NCBI GenBank assembly: GCA_963796275.1
Contig: CAWCKY010000002.1
Location: 640,001-704,000 of the forward strand
Length of the DNA: 64,000 nt
Direction of reading: 5' to 3'
DNA from: an uncultured Acidobacteriota bacterium
GTDB lineage: Bacteria; Acidobacteriota; Blastocatellia; RBC074
Shown: in pieces, positions 46,253 through 55,948 of the stretch
Layout: each line of letters begins with the position of its first letter
Numbering within the stretch: the stretch's first letter is position 1
The notes under the pieces: model-generated
Seen by the model: only the letters and a program-made list of their open reading frames with translations
Database searches by the model: none
What the model was told of the DNA's origin: nothing
Program-made: the position numbers and the translations under genes

Positions 46253-48224
46253 TCAATACCGCAGCGCCATGCCCTGCTCAGCACTACGCGCGATGTTATG
46301 GCCCATAGCGCTCATCAGGGCTGCGACTGCGCGCAACTGGGCTGCCTGGAGCGATGCATCCCGCACTTCCTTAGCCGCCCCGACCGCGCCTTCGTAGGTG
46401 ACGAGGTTTGCCTGTCTCTCGAGCGCTGCCCCCAGCAGTTTGATTCGCGTACGCTTTGGCCGTATCGATCTGGGTGGTTGCTAAACCGCCGTGAAGACCA
46501 TACATATTTTCGGTGTAGGTACCCCAGCTTTTATTCAGATCATTGTAATATTCCTCGATGTTCTTGGTGCGCCCTCCGGCGCCTTTGATAACCGCATCTC
46601 CCTGCCCCGCCCACCTGATGAGATTGCCGCCATGTTGAAGAGTAAGGCCTATAAAGGCTCCATCCCCCATTTTGTTCCTACCCATGCCGAAGGGGCTCAT
46701 GTTTCTTCCACCGATAGTTAATGCCTCGCTGATCGCGCCCCACTTCTGCATTTCGCGTTGCTGGTGGCCCGCGACCCTATTGTCATTGTTCTCTTTGGTG
46801 CGACCGGTCATCATGGTGCGATAGGTGTGCATGTATTGCTGATAAGCGGCGTTATTCTGGAAGTCGCGCCCTGCCTTGGCGAGGCCGATCTGCTGGTCTC
46901 GCTGTGCGAAGAGCTGAGCGAGTTTCTCACTCTGCCTGGCGCGAATCCCCAGATTGCCCGCCTCCTTCCCCGCTTCGGCGCGCATCATCTCGGCCCCAAA
47001 ACCACCCAGCGCCTGCATTTGGTCGGCCATGTTAGTGATCTGTGCCGCAGCTGACGCGCTGTAGAATTCAACTCCAGCCCCGACAATCGCCCCCATCCAT
47101 CCCGAGATGGTCGACGATACGCTTTCGTAGATCTGGCCGCTCGCTACTTTGTAGGCGATCATCGGCGATGCCCAGAGCGACAGCCCGGCGATGGCCATAA
47201 TCAAGACTGCCAAAATGACAGTGTGATAAGGCTCCGCGCCGGAAGACATGATTTCCTGCATCGTCTGCGGATTCCATTGATAGACGGCATCGCTTCTACC
47301 CAGACTCATCGCGAGGTTTCCTCCCATATAGGCGAGCCCCCTGATCAATTGAGAGACAACCGGCCACACCAATGTCAGAACGATAACGCCCCAGGCGAAT
47401 GGGTAGGATATCTTTTGGGCCAAGTTCCGATCGATCGCCAGGGCAATCATCACCGGCGCCGCAAGCCTGACGGCGATCATCAGAAAGCCTCCGAGCAACA
47501 GAAGCCATAGATCCCCGAAGGCCAGTATCCCGCGTGCGAAGCTCAGCAACGAAAAGAGGAACGGCATATTGTGCGAGAGGCTCTCGAACTTGTTATTGAT
47601 CCCCTGAGGCGAAGAGACCACGTCGAGGAGCACTCCCAGAACTGCCTCTTCCCCACCTGGAGGCGGTTTGAGATTTTCGCCAGTTGGCTCAACAGTGAAA
47701 TGCCCTTTGGTGAATCTGCGGTAGCCTTCTTCGAAGCTTTTACGCTGGTTGTCGTAGAACCTATGGAGAACGGCGGTATCGCCGTTTCTGTTGCTCCCGC
47801 CCCAGGCGATCTCCTGACCGATGGTATCGAGAGTGTTGATGATGGTCGGGCCGGTTCCCATCAACGCGAAAATGATCCCAACTCTCCCGAACCACCAGAA
47901 AACATCCACACCGGCTCCTGCGTTTTCGCGCCACAGCCTGGCGAAGCCGAACATGATGACGAGCGCGGCCAGTGTCCAGGACACTTTCTCCAGCCACGGC
48001 ATGAGAGGGCCTTCGATCTCGCTTTGTAGGAGCGGTATGAGGGCGCCGGCATGGCCGATTAACGCCCGGAAGATATCCGATAAGCCACTACCTGCAGGAT
48101 TCGCAGGTGCGGGGGATGGTGTAGGCGTGGGCGTCTGAGCGAGCATGGGCAGGCTCACGCAAACAATTACCGCAGTAATGTGCAGGATGGACAGTGTTGA
48201 TAGCCTGAGTTTGCTTGCACGCAT
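46253..48224 (-). CDS. TrbL/VirB6-like polytopic T4SS protein with extended C-terminus
   Basis: Several TMs, downstream of VirB5-like gene; removing one base from the C5 run at 46429-46433 extends the frame to ...NIARSAEQGMALRY*. Confidence 0.7.
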
Positions 48225-48256
48225 GATTGCTCCTTGATCCTATCTTCTTATAAACA

Positions 48257-49108
48257 CTAATCGATTTTGCTGAGCGTCCTTTGAAGCTCGTCGAGCGCAT
48301 TATTGAATTCCGACCATGCCTTATTCATCGACTGTACCTGCTCCCCGAACTTGACGCGCTCTTCCATACGAATGTTGTATTGCTTCATGCGATTCTCGAT
48401 TTGGCATCGGAGATCTAATATCTCCACCTCAAGCTGTGCAATCAGTATCTCGTAACTGGCCAGTTCATCCTTCAGGCTGGCGATACACGAAGCACATTTC
48501 TGCGCGTCAGGCTTCCGTTCCTCCATATAAAGTAGGTCTGCCGTCATCTTCTGCTTCCCCTGTGCCCAGGCTTTCTTCTGCTCCTTGAGACTCATTTCGC
48601 GCTGCCACATCGCGATCTGGTTGTCCATCCGCACAAGCCGTTCGCGATTTGCGATCGTATCTTGACTGCTCCTGCCGATAGATTCTCTTAAATACTCATC
48701 AAGGTCTCGCAGATCGGCTTCAGGATCAAAGATACCGTTGCGAAGGCGGTCGTCGATCCTTTTGATCATGTTCAGGCGTGTGGTAACAATCGCTTCAAGC
48801 TGATCCTTCAACTGGAAGGAGGCGCGCACTGTCCTTCCAATGTTGCTCATCGTGGCGATTGCATTGTTCTGTTTCGCTACGAGGTCATCGGCGGCTTTGA
48901 GCACCCCGCCCAGTGTTGTGAGCTGCTCTACCAGCTTCTGGTAGTGCTCCATCCATCGAGCCGCCTCTTCGACTTTCTTTTCGGCTTGAAGCACGTATTG
49001 CGCTGGATCATAGACGGTCCATTGTGCCTGCGCTTCTTCCGGGGGAATGATCAGAATGCCGATGAACAACCCAAGTATGAGTTGACGAAGCAAAGATGCC
49101 TTTTTCAT
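48257..49108 (-). CDS. TrbJ/VirB5-like protein
   Basis: Signal peptide then QWTVYDPAQY, long coiled coil; sits between VirB4 and VirB6-like genes. Confidence 0.7.
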   Translation of the reverse strand: MKKASLLRQLILGLFIGILIIPPEEAQAQWTVYDPAQYVLQAEKKVEEAARWMEHYQKLVEQLTTLGGVLKAADDLVAKQNNAIATMSNIGRTVRASFQLKDQLEAIVTTRLNMIKRIDDRLRNGIFDPEADLRDLDEYLRESIGRSSQDTIANRERLVRMDNQIAMWQREMSLKEQKKAWAQGKQKMTADLLYMEERKPDAQKCASCIASLKDELASYEILIAQLEVEILDLRCQIENRMKQYNIRMEERVKFGEQVQSMNKAWSEFNNALDELQRTLSKID

Positions 49109-51969
49109 TGCTCCCCTCCTCTGACGGTTTCGTGTTGAAAGTCTAAAAGCGATTCATCCACTTCAATCAATCCTGCAGCGGCTAGTCCTCTCGGATAGAC
49201 AGCGGCGAGCCATCCGATCACATCAGCCAGCGGCCAGCCGGTGAGCGACTGCACCCGCGCCCTGGCGTTGCGTTCATCCGGGTTTGTGGCGAATGTCCAT
49301 AGCTCAGCCGGTGAGAGGTCCATCTGAATCATTTCGACGATCTGGTCGAAGCCCGATCCCAGCACCAATACATACTGGGCGTACTCGCCTCGAACATTCC
49401 TGATAGTGCCTATCGCGGCAGCAGCGTTGTCCGACAGCCCGGCGTCATCAATGAGCTTCGAGCAATCGCCTATTTGTTTGCCGATGATCTTTATCCCGGC
49501 GGTCCTGGTAATATCGTGCAGTTCCTCGAAATCCTCATAAGCTTGCGTCGCCAGCATCGTCACCGCGTTCTCTTTGCGCCCTTGTCGTGCACCTCGTTTG
49601 ATGACAGCTAGAATGTGGGGGTACTTGTCCCTGATCTTCCAGACCTCATCGAAGACGAGTAACACCGGCGCGCGCGTCCCGTCTTCTTTCAGCCGCCCGA
49701 TAGAGCGAACTACACGAGCTGCAACCCGTCCGGCCAGAGTCTCCCTCACGTCCTGTTGGAAGTTATCCAGGCTATCGAGCTCATACACGTCATATGGAGA
49801 ATCAGTGGCGAAATCGGGATGCGTGGGCGCATCGATCCAGGGATGGGCGCGGTACTTCTCAAGCGCCACTGCAAGCGTCGCGGCGCGGTCTCTCACTGCC
49901 GGCGCCTGGAAAGGATAGCTATCGAGCATCGCCAGCAGGTGCGAATGGGTCGGCTCATGTTTCGGCTTCCCGTGGCCGTTGCGAGGAACCTCATTCCGGT
50001 AGACCTCAGTCACCACATTGGTCAGGATGTCCTCGGCGATGTTGTCATCTGGCTTGACTCTCGCCAAACGCATCGCATCACCTACCACGAAAGCGATCTG
50101 AGTCTCATCGGGCGGCTCGCCCAACTCTAGCCCCGGATAATCCCAGATATTGATCGTGCGAGGCTCTCCGGCGATGAAACGCAGATGACGGCTCCCCACC
50201 ACATCTACGTGCGGGCCGAGCGATTCGCCGAAATCGACCGCTCGGACTCTCGCTTCTGGCAAGGTTGCCAGCACATCATTGATGATCCGTGCCATTAGCA
50301 CTGATTTGCCGGCGCCCGGTTGCCCTAACACTACGGCAAGCGGAGAAGCGATCTCTCCGCGGTCGAAGAAGTCCAGACCGATCAACCTCCCGGACGGTGT
50401 TGAACACAATGTGTGAGGTCTCCTGGCCCCGCTCCAGCTCGATTCGGTCGGAATGAGCGCGGCGAGTGAGCCGGCGACCTCTGTAATCTCCCTCCCTGTG
50501 GGCCGCCGGTCCGCTTCACCCGCCAGCCCCCGGTGATAGATGGCGCGTATACTGTCCGGGTCTTCACGCGCCGCCTCCACACCGGGGATAGCCTTCATCG
50601 CCGTCACCATCTGTTCGCAATAGTTGTCGAGAATCCTGAGCGACTCCCTCTTCTCTTCCCGCGTCCGCGCCGACGGGCTGTAGATAAGAGCGTAGAAACG
50701 AATTTGCACCAAAGCCTCGCGTGATCCGGTAACGTGCTCACGCACGTTCTCGAGGTCAGCGAGGGCCACCCTGGATTCCGGTGTCTGTTTCACTCTCCCA
50801 TCAGGGCGAATTGACGAACGGCGTAATTGCTTAATGCGCCGGTCGAGGAGCCTTGTCGCCTTATTCTGGTCAGGGTAGATGAACTCCGCGACGAGGGTAT
50901 GACGAAAATTGAGCGACGGATTGAGAGTCAGCGCTCGTAATGCGTCGGCGGCGACCGATGGCTGTGGAGGCGTGAACATCGAGACGACGGCCGCCGGATA
51001 CAAACCATGCATAACGTAATCTCCCTCGGCTCGGATCGACTCGCTGCACAAATAATCCCGCACGTCGAAGCCGTGGACATCGGGCAGGACTGGAATAGCG
51101 CGAGCATTCTGCTTGTGCCCGAGGTAGACGGCATCCCACAACTCTTCTCGACCAAAGCGCTGCAGCGACAACGGACATTCCCGTTCGATCAATCGGAAGA
51201 CCTTCTCGACGTTTCTTCTCGCTTCGCGTTCATCGGCAATGAGCCGCCGCACCACGCCGTCATCGGCCGTCTCCGTCCACTTTCTGTGGAGCAGCCGGGG
51301 AATGTCTGTGAGGCGTTGCCTGCGTAACTCCACCCAGACGGCGGGAATAAAGGCGCTCAGGCCACTGTTGGTGTCGTCGCCTTTGTGCTTGACCGGCACT
51401 CGCACCCAAAGCGAAAGTGTCTGATGCCGGTAGGCTCCCACCGCTGCCGCGCCTTGATAGAACTCTACATTATTCATATGCAGTCCCGAGGCCTCCGGGT
51501 GGGTTAATTCCCCATCTCCCCGCACCCGGAGATGGGCGAGGATCGCATGCCCCGGATCGGGGCCGGATGAATAACGGAATTGGATCACGGTACCCGGCGG
51601 TTTCCCAACCGCCAGCAGCCGCGCTAGTGCGTCACAGTTGGATTCGACAGTATGGTCGTGCGCGAGCATCGTCGGAGCGAGTTGTGATTTCCAGGCACAC
51701 GTATATGAGCCGTCGGCGTGCCGCAGAGCGTCTTCGCTGATGCCGACTATTGAAGAGTCCCGCTTTCGCCCCGGAGGCTTTGCCAGCCTCTTCCTCGCTT
51801 CTTCATCCCTTGCGATGCGCTCCTGCAGGCGACCATCGTCGCTCAGCTTCCAGACTGTCAGGTCCCGGCGCGTCTGACGGAGCAGAGGCAATAAGCGCAG
51901 CGCGGCGCCGATGCCGAATCCGATACCCGCGCCGGCGGAGATACCGCTGATGATCAATGAAGGATCCAT
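49105..51969 (-). CDS. virB4: VirB4/TraC family conjugative ATPase
   Basis: 954 aa; Walker A GQPGAGKS, Walker B LVFDEVW, RQGRKEN..LATQ. Confidence 0.88.
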   Translation of the reverse strand: MDPSLIISGISAGAGIGFGIGAALRLLPLLRQTRRDLTVWKLSDDGRLQERIARDEEARKRLAKPPGRKRDSSIVGISEDALRHADGSYTCAWKSQLAPTMLAHDHTVESNCDALARLLAVGKPPGTVIQFRYSSGPDPGHAILAHLRVRGDGELTHPEASGLHMNNVEFYQGAAAVGAYRHQTLSLWVRVPVKHKGDDTNSGLSAFIPAVWVELRRQRLTDIPRLLHRKWTETADDGVVRRLIADEREARRNVEKVFRLIERECPLSLQRFGREELWDAVYLGHKQNARAIPVLPDVHGFDVRDYLCSESIRAEGDYVMHGLYPAAVVSMFTPPQPSVAADALRALTLNPSLNFRHTLVAEFIYPDQNKATRLLDRRIKQLRRSSIRPDGRVKQTPESRVALADLENVREHVTGSREALVQIRFYALIYSPSARTREEKRESLRILDNYCEQMVTAMKAIPGVEAAREDPDSIRAIYHRGLAGEADRRPTGREITEVAGSLAALIPTESSWSGARRPHTLCSTPSGRLIGLDFFDRGEIASPLAVVLGQPGAGKSVLMARIINDVLATLPEARVRAVDFGESLGPHVDVVGSRHLRFIAGEPRTINIWDYPGLELGEPPDETQIAFVVGDAMRLARVKPDDNIAEDILTNVVTEVYRNEVPRNGHGKPKHEPTHSHLLAMLDSYPFQAPAVRDRAATLAVALEKYRAHPWIDAPTHPDFATDSPYDVYELDSLDNFQQDVRETLAGRVAARVVRSIGRLKEDGTRAPVLLVFDEVWKIRDKYPHILAVIKRGARQGRKENAVTMLATQAYEDFEELHDITRTAGIKIIGKQIGDCSKLIDDAGLSDNAAAAIGTIRNVRGEYAQYVLVLGSGFDQIVEMIQMDLSPAELWTFATNPDERNARARVQSLTGWPLADVIGWLAAVYPRGLAAAGLIEVDESLLDFQHETVRGGEQ

Positions 51970-51970
51970 T

Positions 51971-52315
51971 TCAATTCTCTTTGACGTTGACGACCCAGGC
52001 TCGCCTCGGCTGTCCCTCTATATCTCCGGGAAGTGAGTGTCGCTGGATCGGGTTAGTGAAGGCGGCGCGCAAACGGTGCTGCAGCCAGAAAGGGCGGCGA
52101 CCGATTCGCGCGTAGTTGAAAAACGCTATGGAGAATGCCCCGGCACCAAGTCCGCACCACAACTCCAGCGGCACTCCCCACAGCTTCAAGTTGAGTAAGA
52201 AAGGCACCGTATAGCTGACGAGCGCAGCGGCGAAGACGAACTTCCAGTCCTCGACACGGACGCCTAGTCGCGCTACCGGTAAATAGATGTTCGGCCTGAT
52301 GGGTCTTGGCCTCAT
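51971..52315 (-). CDS. VirB3/PrgI-like small membrane protein
   Basis: MRPRPIRPNIY.., two TMs, between pilin and VirB4; AAGGA RBS. Confidence 0.65.
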   Translation of the reverse strand: MRPRPIRPNIYLPVARLGVRVEDWKFVFAAALVSYTVPFLLNLKLWGVPLELWCGLGAGAFSIAFFNYARIGRRPFWLQHRLRAAFTNPIQRHSLPGDIEGQPRRAWVVNVKEN

Positions 52316-52332
52316 GATTCTTATTCCTTCAA

Positions 52333-52800
52333 TTACCAAGATACCGTATCGAGGTTGACGGCATTGCCCTGTGAGAAGCTGTAGATTAACGACAGGATCC
52401 CACCGATTCCCATTGCAAGACCGCCCCCGACCATCTGCCTTCCCCAGCTCTTCTCCATCATGTAGTTGACGGCTCCCCAACCGATCCCGGCCACGCCGAG
52501 CAAGAACAGTAGATTCCGCCCCCACCTGATGGCCTCGCGGACTCCGGAGCCCACCGCCTGATCGTTTTGACCGAAGATGCTTCCGCCCTGTACCTGCGCG
52601 AACGCCGGTTGCGCCAACGTCATGCCCACCAGCAGCGCCGAGGCGATCAGTGCCAGCGCCGGCTCGATCGATCGAACCAGCACGGCGAGCTGAATCACCC
52701 ACCGGCCCGCTCTGGCGGCCATCGAGCGTTCGAGCAGCTCGTCATCCACTTCACAGGCCGCAACGCGCGGACGAATCCCTCTCAAGCCTTCTCCGTTCAT
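52333..52800 (-). CDS. TrbC/VirB2-like pilin
   Basis: Long leader ending AQPAFAQ, two hydrophobic helices; first gene of operon with AAGGAG RBS. Confidence 0.72.
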   Translation of the reverse strand: MNGEGLRGIRPRVAACEVDDELLERSMAARAGRWVIQLAVLVRSIEPALALIASALLVGMTLAQPAFAQVQGGSIFGQNDQAVGSGVREAIRWGRNLLFLLGVAGIGWGAVNYMMEKSWGRQMVGGGLAMGIGGILSLIYSFSQGNAVNLDTVSW

Positions 52801-52986
52801 GGCTCTACTCCTTCGTTGAACTAAGTTGTTGTTGTTAAGTAACCCACCTCTTGCTTCGGACCGCTGAACACATCCCAGAAGCGTTGGGAAGCTTCGAATC
52901 CACGGCGGGTCGTTTCGCCGAAGCTATCAATCAACTTCCGTGCCGTAGTTCTCATGCGGCATTGCGGTTGCTGAAGTGACCTGTCG

Positions 52987-53769
52987 ATGAACGATAGAAA
53001 CCGGGTGAGAAGATTGAGATCGATCGGTGTGGCGCTGGCTCTGATCTTGGCGGCGGCACAGGCAAAAGCCCAAGGCAAGCAGCAGGATGACCACACGCGG
53101 CGAATGGCGGCCCGCATTGAGGCGAAGCATCTACGCTCGCGGCAAAACCTCGTTAAGCTGCTCCGCGAGCATCCTCAGTTCTGGCAGGAATTACTGGCAG
53201 TTGCGGAACGGCTGAAGACTGAACCTGCATGGCTGCTCAACGTGCTGGCGACAGAATCTCTGTTTGATCCGGCGACGCGCAACTCCCTTCCTGGACAGAC
53301 CGCCAGCGGCCTGATGCAATGGATCGAGAGCACGGCACGGAGCCTCGGGACGACAACCAGGGCCATCAGGCGCATGAGCCCGGTCGAGCAGTTGTCCTTG
53401 ATAGAAAAGTATTTCGCCCCGTTCCACGGCCGCCTCAACAGCATGGCCGACGTTTATATGGCCGTCTTTCGGGGCTTTATTCTTGATGGGAAAGACGAAA
53501 CCGTTATCGCCCCACTCAACAACTCGCGAAAAGAACAACGGATTTACAGGCTCAATAAATGGCTTGATTTAGATAAAGATCGGAAGATCACCAGGGGTGA
53601 GCTGGCTCTGGCGGCAACGCTGATAGGCAGGTTCCAACCTCAAGAGCCCACATCATCACTCCCCGGCAGGAATCTCAGCCCAACGCTGCTTGCACCCTCA
53701 GCCCCTCCTGACAGGAAGCCCGCGCCAACGCGATCGATCTATATTCGTCCAACCAAGCCCGTGGAATAA
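52987..53769 (+). CDS. VirB1-like lytic transglycosylase
   Basis: LATESLFDP (catalytic ES), ASGLMQW, C-terminal DLDKDRKITRGE. Confidence 0.78.
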   Translation: MNDRNRVRRLRSIGVALALILAAAQAKAQGKQQDDHTRRMAARIEAKHLRSRQNLVKLLREHPQFWQELLAVAERLKTEPAWLLNVLATESLFDPATRNSLPGQTASGLMQWIESTARSLGTTTRAIRRMSPVEQLSLIEKYFAPFHGRLNSMADVYMAVFRGFILDGKDETVIAPLNNSRKEQRIYRLNKWLDLDKDRKITRGELALAATLIGRFQPQEPTSSLPGRNLSPTLLAPSAPPDRKPAPTRSIYIRPTKPVE

Positions 53770-53889
53770 GAATTCCTGGGAACCCTCCGGTAATCATCCT
53801 TTTATCTCTCTCAATCCAGGCTCGATTCGCTGACAGGAGAACCGCGAGCGGCGAACGATGTTCGGCGTCAGAGGCACGGTCATTCGCGA

Positions 53890-54210
53890 CCAGGCATTTA
53901 CAAAACATAAACGGGGCGTTTCCGTTTCGTAAACCGCATTCCAAGGAATGGAGTTATCGAGGCAGGAAATTTACGTTTCGTAAACGCCCAAGGTCTTGCG
54001 CTAAAGATCGAAGCCGCACTCCTGCCAATTAGCCATGAGCTGTCGTCCTGTCTTCCGGCATGGATGGAATGGCCCGGCGTTTACAGAACGGAAACGCCTC
54101 GTTTCCGTTTCGTAAACCGCATTCCAAGGAATGGACTTATCGAGGCAGGAAATTTACGTTTTGTAAACGCCCAAGTTATTGCGCAAAGATCGAAGCCGCG
54201 CTCCTGCTGA
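53890..54210. repeat. Two approx. 140-bp direct repeats, period 183 bp, with six related palindromic sites
   Basis: cgtttccgtttcgtaaaccgcattccaaggaatgga..ggcaggaaatttacgtttYgtaaacgcccaag..aaagatcgaagccgcRctcctgc starts at 53917 and 54100. Confidence 0.92.
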
Positions 54211-54549
54211 TTTGCTCCATAAAATTCGATCATATCTCTTCACCGATGAGCGGCTTTTTCTCTTGGCTCACTGTCCCCAACGTTCCGGGCTTTGAGCGCT
54301 CGGTGGCAACGGTCTATCAGGCATAAGCTGTCGCTCTCTCTTCCCAGTATCGCCTGGAGCGCGGTCAGATCGAGGTAGGGCGACAGCCTCTCCGCCGAAT
54401 AAATTTGAGGCGGAATCTCCGACATGATTACTCTACCAATCATCGATGATCGAAGCGTCTGCTGTCTGGGAATAATGGCAATGAATTGTCTGGCACGCTG
54501 ATTGTTAATTGTGGCGTGTACAAAATGATAGCACTTAAGGGAGCATTCT

Positions 54550-54882
54550 ATGATGGCAGAAAAAGTGATGGAGGAGAACGAAGATACTTTCAACGCCGAG
54601 GATTTACTCGACCTTCTGGATGAATTTATGGGCCGCCGCGCAAGGTGGGGAGGAGATACGCTCGAGCTTGACTCGGGACAAACCATAGCGGCAATCGGCC
54701 TCTTCGTTATCAATGTGGGTTGGATATTGCGGCTGGACGAGCATCGGTACATTCGCCTCCCGGATGAGGCGGTCTTGAGGGGAGAGCCAATCGGCGCGGA
54801 ACTTGGGAGGATATGTTCCAATGAAACAGCTGGAGATGGGCGGAGGAAAAGCAAGCGTCATCGAGGCGATCGTAAGCGTTGA
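54550..54882 (+). CDS. Hypothetical protein
   Basis: 110 aa with GGGAG RBS, acidic N-terminus. Confidence 0.6.
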   Translation: MMAEKVMEENEDTFNAEDLLDLLDEFMGRRARWGGDTLELDSGQTIAAIGLFVINVGWILRLDEHRYIRLPDEAVLRGEPIGAELGRICSNETAGDGRRKSKRHRGDRKR

Positions 54883-55121
54883 GCCGGCCGCGCTTCCGCA
54901 AGCCCGGCCTTGTGGCACACGGATTGTTGATCGTCACATCGACAGCGGAGGTCAACGCGGCAAAGCAATCGGGGAAAGAACCCGGAGCCAAACGCAATGG
55001 AATCCCATGCTCGATTCATAGGAATTGCAGCGCCCGTGGCGGGATGGAAAGAGCCGCCAGGCTTCCTGTAGTTCGCATTTTGTGGATCGACGCCGCTGAG
55101 ACAGCAACAAAGAGAATTCGT

Positions 55122-55904
55122 ATGAGAGCAAAGGTAAATACTCGCAACCTGCCGGCAACTCTCGATGGAGCCTCCGATGGAACGAAGCAGTCGTCAAGTC
55201 GGAGTGAGGTTCCGGAGGCGGTTGTCGCGCACTCGATTCCTCACGTCCTGCACCGCGACCCCGTAGACGTAAGGACGATCTTGAGTCTGACCTGGATGGG
55301 AATATTCTTCGCATTGCTCTTGCTCGCGAGTGTCGGCCTGAACGTCTTCCAATATATTCGCCGTCCCGATCGCATAATCATCGATCGATCGTCGGGCCAG
55401 GTCCTCATGATCAACGACCGGGAGTACGGGGAGACCGGAGCCGTCTCGGTCGGCCCGGACAGGCCCGGGGCGAAGGAGAAAGAATACATCAGTAATCAGT
55501 TCATCAAGGCGGTCTACGGTATCGACCCCGCCACACGGGCTAAAGACATGGAGAGGGCGATACGCATGATGGTTCCGGAATCCGCTGGTAAATTCGCCGC
55601 GTGGCTAAAGCAGACCGGGATACTGGACAAACAGCGAACCGAAAGCTGGCAGGTCGTGTGGACCCCACAACAAACAGAGATCGATCGGACCGACCCCTAC
55701 ACGGTGCGGATACTGGGGAGACAGCAGATCACCAAAGTGGTGGCCAACGCCGCTCAGCAGGAGGCTCGCCAACTCTCTTTAACGCTCAAGCTCGTGGCCG
55801 ATAAGCAAGGCCGCGCCGAGCACAACCTGATGTCAGGATTTCTCGTCGCCTGGTTCGACGAGAAGGAAGTGGTGCCGGACGGTAAGACGCCTGCTTCTCC
55901 GTAG
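55122..55904 (+). CDS. VirB8/TrbF-like protein
   Basis: Single TM then RPDRIIIDRSSG and an NTF2-like-sized periplasmic domain ending GFLV; first of the B8-B9-B10 order. Confidence 0.68.
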   Translation: MRAKVNTRNLPATLDGASDGTKQSSSRSEVPEAVVAHSIPHVLHRDPVDVRTILSLTWMGIFFALLLLASVGLNVFQYIRRPDRIIIDRSSGQVLMINDREYGETGAVSVGPDRPGAKEKEYISNQFIKAVYGIDPATRAKDMERAIRMMVPESAGKFAAWLKQTGILDKQRTESWQVVWTPQQTEIDRTDPYTVRILGRQQITKVVANAAQQEARQLSLTLKLVADKQGRAEHNLMSGFLVAWFDEKEVVPDGKTPASP

Positions 55905-55948
55905 CTATCAACGGTTCCAATTTGTTTCTCGATTTTAGGAGTAAAGAC

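Noticed and set aside
51971-52702. 243-aa ORF overlapping the pilin gene
   Set aside because: N-terminal part is an alternate frame of the pilin; hydrophobic VirB3-like part starts at ATG 52315 with its own RBS
53890-54210. Possible CRISPR array
   Set aside because: Only two long units, no short repeat-spacer periodicity, no cas genes in window
54240-54854. Minus-strand ORF opposite 54550..54882
   Set aside because: Mostly antisense shadow; the short MSEIPPQ portion (54240..54425) has no motif or clear RBS that I can support
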